The translations under genes were made by a program, and so were the position numbers. This document shows, piece by piece, positions 36,526 to 49,654 of a stretch of 64,000 nucleotides of DNA; position 1 is the first letter of the stretch; every line of letters starts with the position of its first letter. Below the pieces are notes generated by a model, which was not told the DNA's origin, did not search any database, and saw only the letters and a list, made by a program, of their open reading frames with translations. Location: contig NW_021830459.1 in NCBI RefSeq assembly GCF_006345805.1, forward strand, positions 1,183 through 65,182, given 5' to 3'. The stretch comes from Octopus sinensis. Taxonomy: Eukaryota.

Positions 36526-36894
36526 AAACAAAATTCGATACCTAATTCAAAGCCAAACTACAAGCAACTCGACTACAACTGGATCAACCACCTTCTTATT
36601 AACATCATACCGCAGTCTCGTAATGCTGAGGGCAAACTTAAAATGACTTATGTAATTCACAAATTTAATTGTGAAAGTGAAAGTTGCAAACAGCCGCCGC
36701 CGCTAAATACGCGGGATCAGTCATCTGTAACCGACCGGCCGAGGGGCGGTGATGGGGTTCAGATACCGTTTATGTGTTTGCCTTTAATATGACCATATTT
36801 AATGTCGTCTCGTGAACTGCGCGGGTGGTGTGGAGCGTGCGTATATACCTCTATATATGGGATCATGTTAACACGTGTATATTTACTTTTCTGT

Positions 36895-37278
36895 GGAGGT
36901 GCAATGGCCCAGTGGTTAGGGCAGCGGACTCACGGTCGTAGGATCGCGGTTTCGATTCCCAGACCGGGCGTTGTGAGTGTTTATTGAGCGAAAACACCTA
37001 AAGCTCCATGAGGCTTCGGCAGGGGATGGTGGCGATCCCTGCTGTACTTTTTCACCACAACTTTCTCTCACTCTTACTTCCCGTTTCTCTTGTACCTGTA
37101 TTTCAAAGGGCCGGCTTTGTCACTCTCTGTGTCACGCTCAATATCCCCGAGAACTACGTTAAGGGTACACGTGTCTGTGGAATGCTCCGCCACTTACACG
37201 TTAATTTCACGAGCAGGCTGTTCCGTTGATTCGGATCAACCGGAACCCCCTCATCGTCGTAACCGACGGAGTGCTTCC
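36895..37278 (+). mobile_element. SINE family A, full length
   Basis: TSD atttacttttct at 36881-36892 and 37279-37290. Confidence 0.93.
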
Positions 37279-37540
37279 ATTTACTTTTCTTCATTTTATC
37301 ATTTAATCCATATCGTTTGTCCTTTTTGCATTATCTATCTTCTATTGTTTTACTCTTTGTCATGTATTCACTGTGAACCATAGCGAGACCCATTTACCGG
37401 TTATAATCCGGAAATTGGATCCATATTCTATCAGTATAGCTAACAACCTACTGGCGACCACAGCATACCAAGCGAAACCGAGTGTGTGTGTGTGTGTGTG
37501 TGTGTATACCCACACATCCATGCATACATATTCTTTTTTT

Positions 37541-37918
37541 TTTATTCCTTGTTTCAGTCATTTGACTGCGGCCATGCTGGAGCACCGCCTTTAGTCGAGC
37601 AAATCGACCCCGGGACTTATTCTTTGTAATCCCAGTACTTATTCTATCGGTCTCTTTTGCCGAACCGCTAAGTTACGGGGACGTAAACACACCAGCATCG
37701 GTTGTCAAGCAATGCTAGGGGGACAAACACACACACACATATATACATATATACGACAGGCTTCTTTCAGTTTCTGTCTACCAAATCCACTCACAAGGCA
37801 TTGGTCAGCCTGGGGCTATAGGAGAAGACACTTGCCCAAGATGCCACGCAGTGGGACTTGAACCCGGAACCATGTGGTTGGTTAGCGAGCTACTTACCTC
37901 ACAGCCACTCCTGCGCCT
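37541..37918 (-). mobile_element. SINE family C, full length, short internal microsatellite
   Basis: Head aggcgcaggagtggctgtg.., CORE-like tcttgggcaagtgtctt, tail ..tgactgaaacaagg. Confidence 0.92.
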
Positions 37919-38004
37919 ATACATATTTATATATTATATCTATAAACATATATATACTTATGTATATATGTGTGTCTCTTTTTGTGGATGTGGATGTATA
38001 TATA

Positions 38005-38198
38005 TCAGACGCCATGATAGATCGTTAGCCACTACACACATTTTTTTCTCTCCTTGTTTCTTTCTGTGTCCCTTTGTGTAGAAGAGCGTAGGCTCGAAAC
38101 GTAAAAGACTTTTTCTATTCCTGAGCGTTATACTAATACATCTATTTGTTTTGTACACCACCTGTCTTCGTCTTTTGTTTTTTTCGTAAACTCTCACT
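38005..38198 (+). mobile_element. ~190-bp ORF-less Penelope-terminal-like element with a degenerate hammerhead motif at 38072-38107
   Basis: cttt-gtgtaga-A-gagc-gtag-gctc-GAA-ACGT-A-aaag; flanked by (TA)n. Confidence 0.55.
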
Positions 38199-38229
38199 AT
38201 ATATATATATTATATATATATATATAAAA

Positions 38230-38545
38230 TACGAAACGGGGCAAGAACGCAAAACATCCAGATAGACGATACAAAAAAACACGGACGGGTCATTCGAAGC
38301 CTTTAATCTTCAGTCAAGAACCGGATCATCCTCGCAATTTCGGCTGATTAATCTTGAGATTGCCCCAATCTGGCCAGCCCCAAGGAAAAAACTAAGCTAA
38401 GAGCATTCGATTCCTTGGAAAAAGCTTCGAATGTATACGAAACAAGGACGGAAAAACGGACGATATTGCACGAATATAAATTCAAAAATAATATAACAAA
38501 AATACAAAAAAAAAACAATAATAATAATAACAGGACATAACAACA
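38230..38545 (-). mobile_element. Unclassified interspersed repeat; 133 bp duplicated at 39286-39418
   Basis: 38281-38413 versus 39286-39418 differ by one base; also related to 12030-12112. Confidence 0.65.
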
Positions 38546-38584
38546 GGCGTCATTCGACTATACATATTATACATATACACATAG

Positions 38585-38668
38585 ATACACAGACAGATAG
38601 ATAAATAGTCAGATAGATAGATAATAGATAGATAGATAAATAGACAGATGTAAATAGATAGATAAATG

Positions 38669-38729
<61 letters not shown>

Positions 38730-38755
38730 ATAGACAGATGTAAATAGATAGATAA

Positions 38756-38803
<48 letters not shown>

Positions 38804-38818
38804 ATGGATAGATAGATA

Positions 38819-38875
<57 letters not shown>

Positions 38876-38899
38876 CAGATGTAAATAGATAGATAAATG

Positions 38900-38967
<68 letters not shown>

Positions 38968-38968
38968 T
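38585..38968. repeat. (GATA)n array with recurrent variant blocks
   Basis: The block agacagatgtaaatagatagataaat occurs three times. Confidence 0.95.
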
Positions 38969-39038
38969 GCATTGCACTTATATCAGCTTATTACACACCA
39001 TATGCATATAAATAAACACACTCACAAACGTGCCCGCG

Positions 39039-39085
<47 letters not shown>

Positions 39086-39206
39086 ATAATTTTAGATGAA
39101 TCTTTTCAAGAGAGAACGCTCAGTATCATGTTCATTTTCTGCTATTTCCTTCGTTTGCTACACAGACGTCTTTATTCCTTATCTATAGAAAGATATTATT
39201 AGAAAA

Positions 39207-39288
39207 CGTATAGAAATACATTATTAACAAGTATCAATATAATTCCATTGGAATAATATTGATACTTGTAATAATGTATTTCTATACG
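39207..39288. repeat. 82-bp near-perfect hairpin
   Basis: cgtatagaaatacattattaacaagtatcaatataattcca-t-tggaataatattgatacttgtaataatgtatttctatacg; 1 indel and 1 mismatch. Confidence 0.9.
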
Positions 39289-39652
39289 GACGGGTCATTC
39301 GAAGCCTTTAATCTTCAGTCAAGAACCGGATCATCCTCGCAATTTCGGCTGATTAATCTTGAGATTACCCCAATCTGGCCAGCCCCAAGGAAAAAACTAA
39401 GCTAAGAGCATTCGATTCTTTTCTTTTTTTTTCTGTCTCGCTTTCTGTCTTTTTGCTATTCGGTAAACTCACACGTTTCGTTTCACTTTCTCACCTGTCC
39501 TCTCTTCTTCTCTATCACTTTCTTTTTTCTATCCTTCGCTCATTCTGTGCCTTTTTCGTTATCGTAACTCTTTATCTTTTTCTTTCCCCCTCCTTTACTC
39601 TTTTCCTTACTCTGACCCGTTCATCCTCTGTGTTTCGTAAAAGATGGAAGTA

Positions 39653-40035
39653 TGGAAGCACTCCTTCGGTTACGACGACGAGGGTTCCGGTTGATCCGAA
39701 TCAACGGAACAGCCTGCTCGTGAAATTAACGTGTAAGTGGCTGAGCACTCCACAGACACGTGTACCCTTAACGTAGTTCTCGGGGATATTGAGCGTGACA
39801 CAGAGAGTGACAAGGCCGGCCCTTTGAAATACAGGTACAACAGAAACAGGAAGTAAGAGTGAGAGAAAGTTGTGGTGAAAGAGTACAGCAGGGATCACCA
39901 CCATCCCCTGCCAGAGCCTCGTGGAGCTTTAGGTGTTTTCGCTCAATAAACACTCACAACGCCCAGTCTGGGAATCGAAACCGCGATCCTATGACCGCGA
40001 GTCCGCTGCCCTAACCACTGGGCCATTGCGCCTCC
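39653..40035 (-). mobile_element. SINE family A, full length
   Basis: Short TSD aagtatg. Confidence 0.92.
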
Positions 40036-40557
40036 AAGTATGTCGGGAGTGAAAGAACCTGTTTAAACGAAAATATATAAAAAGGAGAAAGCAAAGTCTT
40101 CAGTGTGAGTATGTGGTTCGTGGGGTCAACTGTGTCCTCCGCTTCATTTTTTGTAAATCACTCATTCTCATTTAATTGTATATATTTTAATTGTTTGTTT
40201 ATTCATACGTTTCGTTTCATTCGATACCTTGACCCCCAATGTTTGTTTTGTCTGTCCTCATATAAATTGTATAAAACGCCATCCGTTTCACGAATTCATG
40301 AAAACAAAACGGTGAAGGAATGTAATGTGTAATTGATCAGATTGAAAAATATAAATTTAATTTTGATTTATCCAAATTTTCAAATTCTAATTAAATACCA
40401 CGACGCAATTGTTTGATAAGTCTTCGCATGGCACACAAGCTTCCAACTCTACATTTAGTGCTGGCACCAACGGTCAATCAGGTACTTATCTTGGCAGGTA
40501 GTCAACTGGCAATCTACCAACCAATAGACAGTCGATTATCGATACAGCTAAACAATG

Positions 40558-40609
40558 ATGGTTGTGATGCATGTGCCTGATGTACACCAGGCACATGCAT
40601 CACAACCAT
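40558..40609. repeat. Perfect hairpin with 22-bp arms and 8-nt loop
   Basis: atggttgtgatgcatgtgcctg-atgtacac-caggcacatgcatcacaaccat. Confidence 0.9.
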
Positions 40610-41531
40610 ATATGCGCAACACGGCTATCTCATATCAAGATAAACATCACATAATCTTGCAGGTGGGCCCTGTTAGAATTTTCTTCAGGTCGAGAGCCCA
40701 TCCCGCTCAAAAGATCCCTGAATAAGGTTTGCTTAAAGATGCTGAACAAAGAATTCGTCTTAACACATGGCTATGATACTCCCCCATTACATCTGCTCGT
40801 GATTAGAGATGCACATATCTTCAGCCACTGAGGGACAGTGGCTCAGCTAGGTAAAGTCACATTAATGACAAGTAGATCTGTGCTATTTAGCAGAATATTT
40901 GCTGTAGCTCATCATTTATACCAAGACAAAAAGATGTACATGATAATACTTCAGGTCAGTACTGCATCAGGACATTATTTGGGGTGGTAACTAGTGACTG
41001 GTCTCTTAATTTTCTTAGAAGGAAAGAACTCAAGCTTAAATGTAAAAATGTACAATCAAGAGAAATCATCCGGAATTGGAATTGAATACTAATGATTGCT
41101 GTTGTATGGCCTACTTTTAATCATCTCAAAAGTTTTTGAAACTCCCAGGTATATTGTCAAAGTTGTATACACTTTCATTTTAAACAAAAAACAAAAATGT
41201 TTATGATTACAATTAACTTCAACTTTGTTGTATATTCTTTCAGGTGTCGATAAAATAAAGTACAAGTGAAACATTGTGGTCGATGTAATATGCTACCCAC
41301 CCCACCCGTTCCAACTTCACGTTTTCTGCCTACGCGACTGACAGTTAAGCGGAATGGATTAGCATTTCACACAGAAATGTGAAACCAGAGAGAAACATAT
41401 ACATACATACATACATGCCTGAGTGCGCGTATGCATGTATATAATGTGTATGTATATATATATATATATATACATACTTCCATACATACATCAATATATG
41501 CATGCGTACATACACACAGATATATAAATAT

Positions 41532-41684
41532 GTGGCTGTGTGGTAAGTAGCTTGCAAACCAACCACATGGTTCTGGGTTCAGTCCCACTGCGTGGCACCT
41601 TGGGCAAGTGTCTTCTCCTATAGCCCCGGGCCGACCAATGCCTTGTGAGTGGATTTGGTAGACGGAAACTGAAAGAAGCCTGTC

Positions 41685-41764
<80 letters not shown>

Positions 41765-41962
41765 TTGTCCCCCTAGCATTGCTTGACAACCGATGCTGGT
41801 GTGTTTACGTCCCCGTAACTTAGCGGTTCGGCAAAAGAGACCGATAGAATAAGTACTGGGCTTACAAAGAATAAGTCCCGGGGTCGATTTGCTCGACTAA
41901 AGGCGGTGCTCCAGCATGGCCGCAGTCAAATGACTGAAACAAGTAAAAGAGTAAAAGAGAGA
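41532..41962 (+). mobile_element. SINE family C, near full length, ~80-bp internal (TA)(TG) tract
   Basis: Homology to the other C copies; (gtaaaaga) tail. Confidence 0.92.
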
Positions 41963-42049
41963 GTATATATATATATATATATATATATACATACACATAT
42001 ATCATACACACATCAACACATGCATGCGTACATACATACATACATACAT

Positions 42050-42150
42050 ATGTACGTATGTATGTTTGTATGTATGTATGTATGTATGTATGTTTGTATG
42101 TATGTATGTATGTATGTATGTATGTATGTATGTATGTATGTATGTATGTT

Positions 42151-42182
<32 letters not shown>

Positions 42183-42222
42183 TGTTTGTATGTATGTATG
42201 TATGTATGTATGTATGTATGTA

Positions 42223-42253
<31 letters not shown>

Positions 42254-42352
42254 ATGTATGTATGTATGTATGTATGTATGTATGTATGTATGTGTGTATG
42301 TATGTATGTATGTATGTATGTATGTATGTATGTATGTATGTATGTATGTATT
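42050..42352. repeat. (TATG)n microsatellite
   Basis: Directly visible. Confidence 0.95.
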
Positions 42353-42894
42353 ATGTGTATGACGTCAGACGCAATGGACTTGAAATGTCAGCTTGATTTT
42401 GAAATAAAAAAGTTGCTGTTGTTGTCGTTGGAGTCGTTACCTTTGTGTGTGTGTGTGCCACACTCTCGTATTCACCACGCATACTTTCAAATACATAAAC
42501 ACACTCTCACATGAATGTAACCTTTCCTGTATAAGTACACATACACACACACACATATACACACAGGTACACATACACACAGGCACACATACACACACAG
42601 GCACGTATGTGTGTGTGTGTATGTATGTATAACACATGTGTGCGTGTGGTTGTGCGTGCGCTTAAGAGACTAAAAGTCAGAAGAATACTAATCTGATTTT
42701 TTCACTTTTCACATCAGATTAAAAACTAATCAGGCAATGTGGTGACGTCATCAACTCCAAATATGGCAATGTCACCGCATTACAGAGTTCGACTCTTCTT
42801 TGTTCATATATATATGTATATATGCATATATACATATATATATATATATGTGTGTGTTATATATATATATATATATATAATATATATATATGTG

Positions 42895-42946
<52 letters not shown>

Positions 42947-43115
42947 GTATACACTTACGTATACCTATATATTTATACATACAAATTTTTATATATCTAT
43001 ACTATATATATATTCTTACATAATTGTATATTATATGCGTGTATATATATCTATATATCTATATATATATATTTATCTTTCTATCTATCTATCTACATAT
43101 ATATATATATAATAT

Positions 43116-43150
<35 letters not shown>

Positions 43151-43231
43151 CATATATATATACTTGTACATATACATAAATATACATATGTATATATACA
43201 TATTGTATACACATATATATATATGCATATG

Positions 43232-43263
<32 letters not shown>

Positions 43264-44049
43264 TTATATATATATATATATATATATTCATATATATATA
43301 TATATATATACATATATACATATTCATTTTGAGAAAAGTTTTTAACCTTCCGCGTGTTGTTGCTGCTCTCTCGTTTTTAATGCCTGAATAATCATTAGAT
43401 GACATTTTTGGGTAGTTTTTTTTTAATGTTTTACATGTTATTTTATATATCTGTCGATAGTATTTTTTGCTTCACCACACTCTTGTTCTTGTTGTTGGTG
43501 TTGTTGGTGTTGGTGTTATAGATAATGTTGACAGCGTTGTTCTTTTTGCTGTTGTTGTATGTAATGTGGTGTTTGTTGTTATTGTTTTTTGTGTGAGAAG
43601 TGATTATATTCTTTGTTGTATTATGTGTTGTTGTTGTTGGTGGTGGTGGTAGTTGTGGTGGTCGTGTTCGTGGTAGTGTTGTTGTTGTTGGTGGTGGTGA
43701 TGCTGGTTTTGGTGTTGTTGGTGTTGATGATGGTAATGTTTTTGCGCGTTGTTCTGACGTAGTTACTCTTGTTTTTAACGTGTTGTGCTTCTTCGTATTG
43801 TTAACGTTGCTGCTCAATGTTTTTGACATTATTGTGGCTAAGGAGGCGATCTGGCAGAGGCGTTTGGAAGCTGGACAAAATACTTCAACGCATTTTCCCC
43901 GTTTTACATGGTGAGTTCCAACTCTACCGGGGTTGATGTTTGCAATTCATACTTTCTGAGTTCTATGAAATAAATACCAGTCGAACATTGGGATCGATCC
44001 AATCGATTATTCTCCTCTCCCAAATCTCAGGCCTTCTACCTCTATTAGA

Positions 44050-44165
44050 AAAGGATTATTATTATTATTATTGATTTTGAGAGCAGTGCATACCATCAAA
44101 GTGACACTGGGGTACGAATATACGAAGCCTCTGTATACCCATCACGACTACCCGTCTGATAAGGT
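44050..44165 (-). mobile_element. Probable retroposon 3' end with (AAT)n tail
   Basis: Complex sequence ending in an (AAT)n tail on the minus strand; family not assignable from this window. Confidence 0.35.
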
Positions 44166-45328
44166 CATCCTCATCCCCATCCTCATCCTCATCTCCTCCT
44201 TCCTCCTCCTCCTCCCATTCAACCTTCTCCTCCCCTCCTCCCCCTTTTCCTCCCGCTTCTTCTCTCCTCATCCTCTCCCTCCCCTCCACTTCCCCCCCCC
44301 TCCTCTGTCCGTCTTCTGAACATTGTTTGAACAGATATGAAACCAAAAATCATTGCAATTGTGCCAATCGGGCATAGTGTATCGAAGACTACATTAATCA
44401 ATGCGTCTTCTTTAAATAGTTGAACTCGATCTGATGTGAAGTTTTGTCCGCCAAGTCTAGCACGCCTATGTCCCCTTCGTAAATTCCGTTTACAACCCAA
44501 CCCACCACACCCACACGCATATACATACACCCATCCACACATACACACATGCAAGCGCACATACACACACACGTATCCACATACACACTATCGGATTCAG
44601 TCACCACCACAGTCAACACCATTACAACAAGTTTAGCCGGGTTTTTCAGTTTTTACGTCTCACTGACGTTCATATCTTCAAATGAACAAGCAGCCGTCGT
44701 ACACGAGCGATGGATTCAGTTACTATGGAAACTAAATCAGTTCTGCCATCGACGACTTCTAATTTGTTTTTGAACTAAGAATATTAGAATTAGAATATGT
44801 GAAATGGTGATGTCATTCTCAAGATATTTAATGTTGTCTGCATCAAAACGCTAATTAAATAAATTAGCTTAATGACTAACATATTTTCATCATTTCAACA
44901 AGTACTGGAGACATCGGACACGAGTAGGATGAGATAATTAGCATATTTAATGGGGAAAAAATTAACCGCAGAAAGAAACCAAGCGTGTGAAGAAGAGAAG
45001 TAGTCAAGATGATGTTGACGTAATTAATGCAGCGTGCATCAAAAATCTAATTAAGTATGTTTATATGATGAGAAAAGAGTCAGCGTTAGCTCCGTGGCTA
45101 ATATTATTTTAATCATTTCTCTATGTACGAAAGATAACCAGGTGTGTGAAGAGACTTGTTGCATTTGCAGTGCTGCTTCGCCTCCATTACAAATATCCAG
45201 AGTCGGTATTTCAATAAAAATAAAGGTTTGTACATTTACAAAAGCATATGACTTCTCGTTCTCGACTCTCTACATTATTATTACAAACAATAACCTCGTC
45301 CAAAAGGTCTAAGGTATTGATATCTCGT

Positions 45329-45905
45329 AGGCGGCGAGCTGGCAGGAACGTTAGTACGCCGGGCGAAATGCGTTGCCGTATTTAGTCTGCCGTTACGTTC
45401 TGAGTTCAAATTCCGCCGAGGTCGACTTTACCTTTCATCCTTTCGGGGTCGATAAATTAAGTACCAGTTACGCACTGGGGTCGATGTAATCGACTTAATC
45501 CGTATGTCTGTCCTTGTTTGTCCCCTCTATGTTTAGCCCCCTGTGGGTAATAAAGAAATAAGAAACGTTAGCACGCCGGGCGAAATGCGTAGCTGTATTT
45601 CGTCTGTCGTTACGTTCTGAGTTCAAATTCCGCCGAGGTCGACTTTGCCTTTCATCTTTCCGAGGTCGATAAATTAAGTACCAGTTACGCACTGCGGTCG
45701 ATGTAATCAACTTAATCCGTTTGTCTGTCCTTGTTTGTCCTCTCTGTGTTTAGCCCCTTGTGGGTAGCAAAGAAATAGGTATTTCGACCGTCGCTACGTT
45801 CTGAGTTCAAATTTCGCCGAGGTCGACTTTGGATTTCATCCTTTCCGGGGCGATTAAATAAGTACCAGTTACGCACTGGGGTCGATCTAATCGACTTGAT
45901 CTCCT
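45329..45905 (+). mobile_element. SINE B trimer, followed by degenerate B-like heads to ~46270
   Basis: Junctions at 45561 (agaaa microhomology) and ~45778 (ggtattt microhomology). Confidence 0.9.
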
Positions 45906-46822
45906 CCCGCATGTTGCCCTTGTGGAAAAAATTTGAAATCATTATCGTACTACTCTTCACTCCAAAGGTGGCGATCTGGCAGAATTGTTAGCATGCCGGG
46001 AAAATTGCTTAACCGGCATTTCGCCGTCCTCACATTCTGAGCACAAATTCTGCCGAGGTAGTCTTCACCTTACATTTCTTCGAAGTTGATAATATAAAGA
46101 CAATTTGAACACCAGGACTGATGTAACTGCCCCAAAATTGCTGGCCTTGTGCCAAAGTTTGAACCGAATATTATTCTTATTATTAGGGCGGCGACCTGTT
46201 CGAATCGTTAGCACGGTAGGCAAAATTCTTGGTGGCATTTAACCCGTCTCTACGTTCCGAGTTGAAATACCCACAATTTTCCAGTTTTATATTTTATCTG
46301 AGATAAATGTATTTAGTACCTCCTGAAATTAGTATTGTCTAAAATCTCCGGTGTCTCTGTCATAGCAAAATCATAAATGAATGTAGCCATATCGAAACAG
46401 TTCAATTACGATAAAATCGTTTCAGGAGGAATACTTGGAGACAGAATATCAACAACACTAGCGATACCGTAGATTATCCACGGTCATGAACCAGAATTAC
46501 AAAAAGAGTAAAATATATTTTCAAATGACGAAGCGTATTTGAATAACCGTTGTCTCTTGTCACTTCCTCAGGCAGTTAAATCTCTGTGACGTTTTTTGCT
46601 GGAGCTAAGATTCCCACTTCACATCAAATATGACCGAGTGGATCTGAGGTGAAAAATCAGAGGTTGGCAAAACGTCATGGAAATGGTCTGCAATAGAAAA
46701 GGATTTTATGCCTTGCAGGTATATGAAAATGAAACAAAATATTAAACCGTGACCTTGGGAGACTATATATTTTAAAAGACGAATATAATGAAGGAATCGC
46801 TAAAGATTTAATGACATCAGAT

Positions 46823-47204
46823 TGGAAGCACTCCGTCGGTTACGACGATGAGGGTTCCGGTTGATCCGATCAACGTAACAGCCTGCTCGTGAAATTAACG
46901 TGTAAGTGGCTGAGCACTCCACAGACACGTGTACCCTTAACGTACTTCTCGGGGATATTCAGCGTGACACAGAGAGTGAAAAGGCCGGCCCCTTGAAATA
47001 CAGGTACAACAGAAACAGGAAGTAAGAGTGAGAGAAAGTTGTGGTGAAAGAGTACAGCAGGGATCATCACCATCCCCTGCCGGAGCCTCGTGGAGCTTTA
47101 GGTGTTTTCGCTCAATAAACACTCACAACGCCCGGTCTGGGAATCGAAACCGCGATCTTACGACTGCGAGTCCGCTGCCCTAACCACTGGGCCATTGCGC
47201 CTCC
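46823..47204 (-). mobile_element. SINE family A, full length
   Basis: TSD tgacatcagattg at 46812-46824 and 47207-47219. Confidence 0.93.
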
Positions 47205-48168
47205 TTTGACATCAGATTGAGACATGTATGAATCAGTATTTGGTGAAGAGCAAAACATTTTTAGTTAGGGTGAATGTTGGTGGTTTTGTGCATCAGTTTG
47301 TTATTTACAATATCACGTTGAGAAACTTCTATTGTTTCGAAGTCACTGCTATGATCATAGTTTTGCTTTATCATTCGGTATTGAGTTTTAATTGAGCGCT
47401 TCCTCGCAGTTTACAAAGACAGTAAGGAACTTTGGATGCCAAGTCTCACATTCAATAAAATCGGTGAATTGGATGAAATGAGGTTGCTGTCCGGATTTGA
47501 CACACGGCTGTTGTTTGTTATTCTAAATATTGTTGTTGTTGTTGTTTTGATGATGATAACGATGGTCCCTAATGATTATGATAATGACGATGATGATGAC
47601 GACGACACTAATAAAATTTATAGTTGTAGTGATTACATAATTTGATGGGCATTTTACTGCCGAGTCCTTTTATATACATAATTATAAAACTTCCATCTAT
47701 AAGAAAAGGAAATGTACGTGATCTGGAGGGACACATTTATCAATCGCCATCTTCCAGATTTATTCACAATATTAGCTGCGCACACAAGTTGCAAGGAATC
47801 TTCCAGGTTTCCATCAGTTTTGGAATAAATGATCGCGTGATCAGCTAAATTTATATGATCGATAGAGTTTGAAGAAATACAGTTTGTCGGGATACCGCTA
47901 ATGGCGCCAGCTTCCGGTTAACACCAGATGCACTTGGAACGTTTTAAAGCAATTTCAAAACGTAAGTCCGTTCTTAAGTTTATTATACACACACATTTCT
48001 ACACACACACACACACACACACCACACACACACACACACACACACCTGCTCACGTACACACACACATACACACATGTATTCATAAGTATGTATACAGGCA
48101 TGTAGGTATGTATACATGTATGAATGTATGTACGTACGTATGTATGTATATATGTATGTGTGTATATT

Positions 48169-48310
48169 TACTCTTTTTACTGTTTTACTTGTTTCAGTCA
48201 TTTGACTGCGGCCATGCTGGAGCACCGCCTTTAGTCGAGCAAATCGACCACAGGACTTATTCTTTGTAAGCCCAGTACTTGTTCTATCGGTCACTTTTGC
48301 CGAACCGCTA
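48169..48310 (-). mobile_element. SINE C 3' half
   Basis: Homology to family C. Confidence 0.85.
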
Positions 48311-48338
48311 TATATATATGTATATATGTATGTTTGTG

Positions 48339-48370
<32 letters not shown>

Positions 48371-48374
48371 TGTA

Positions 48375-48540
48375 TGTGGTTAGAGCGTCGGGCTCATAAT
48401 CATGAGGTAGCGAGTTCGATTCCCGGACCAGGCTGTCTGTTCTATTCTTGGGCAATGTCACATTACTTTAAGTCACTTAAATTCAATCAGCTGTAGAATT
48501 GAGTTACGACGTCACTGGTGCCAAACTGTATCAGCCTTTC
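48375..48540 (+). mobile_element. Diverged tRNA(Met-like)-headed CORE-like SINE remnant
   Basis: gtggttagagcgtcgggctcataatcatgaggtagcgagttcgattccc..ttcttgggcaa. Confidence 0.5.
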
Positions 48541-49581
48541 CCTTGGATAGCATCGGTGGTGTTGAGAGGTTTCACATTTCGTTAATGGAAAATTTGTCTT
48601 CTAATATCACAGGGTCTTTTATGTCCTAGATATAATCGACTGTCCTGCCTCAAATTTCTACTCTTGTACCGATGTTGACTATTAATTTTTTAATACATAT
48701 TTCGATTAAAGAATTTGTTATTGAGCTACGATCTAGCAGAGAGTCATTTGATGCGAACGAATAAATTATTAGCACCTCTACTTTAAATACATTACAGAAA
48801 AGGACAAACACAACACTGTTGGGATTTGAACTCATACCACGAAAGAACAAAGAAGAACTCTGTGAAACAGTGAAATGGTTCTCTAACACTTTTGCTAACA
48901 AGTGTCAAGATCGTTGTTAAATGTCGATAGTTTGGTTCGGTTCTGCGATAAAAAGTTAGGACAATAACACAATGAAAGTCGGTCAATTAGCTGACTTGGC
49001 CACTTCTCTTATCCAGTTAAATATTGATCGACTTAATGGTTGACTCTCATTACAAGAACAACAACAACAACAACAACAACAATAGCAGCAGCAGGGACAA
49101 TAATAACAGCAACAATAAACACAAACTCATATTTCATGTCCGATCTAGATATAGAAAGGTTGCTGGTAATGAGTGAGAAGTTGAGGTAATTTTTTTAACA
49201 AGATACAATATATTGTATAAATAACTTCCGACATAGCGAATTGCATATCAGCATTTAATCAGCATTCGATATCCCCATGATAGGAATACGTGTGGGCGGA
49301 AAAGATTCGTATCAAATAGGTCAGCCTTTCATGATACCAACAGTAACACTGTTCCCTCCGTTGTTGTTTACAAAGCATGAAGATAAAATCGCTCTCAGCA
49401 CAACATTTAATGGATGGCGAAATGTAGCGAGAACCATAAATGCAGGAATTTAACAAAAAGACCTTAATCCCACGGAGAAAGCAAAATAAACAACATACAC
49501 ACACAATCCCACACATGCTCACACACATATATGTTCATATATACATACTTATTAATATTATATATATATATACAAATGTGT

Positions 49582-49654
<73 letters not shown>

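Noticed and set aside
38281-38413. Hammerhead in the 12030 / 38230 / 39286 repeat family
   Set aside because: ctgaaga and cgaa fragments exist, but I could not build stems I-III in the correct order.
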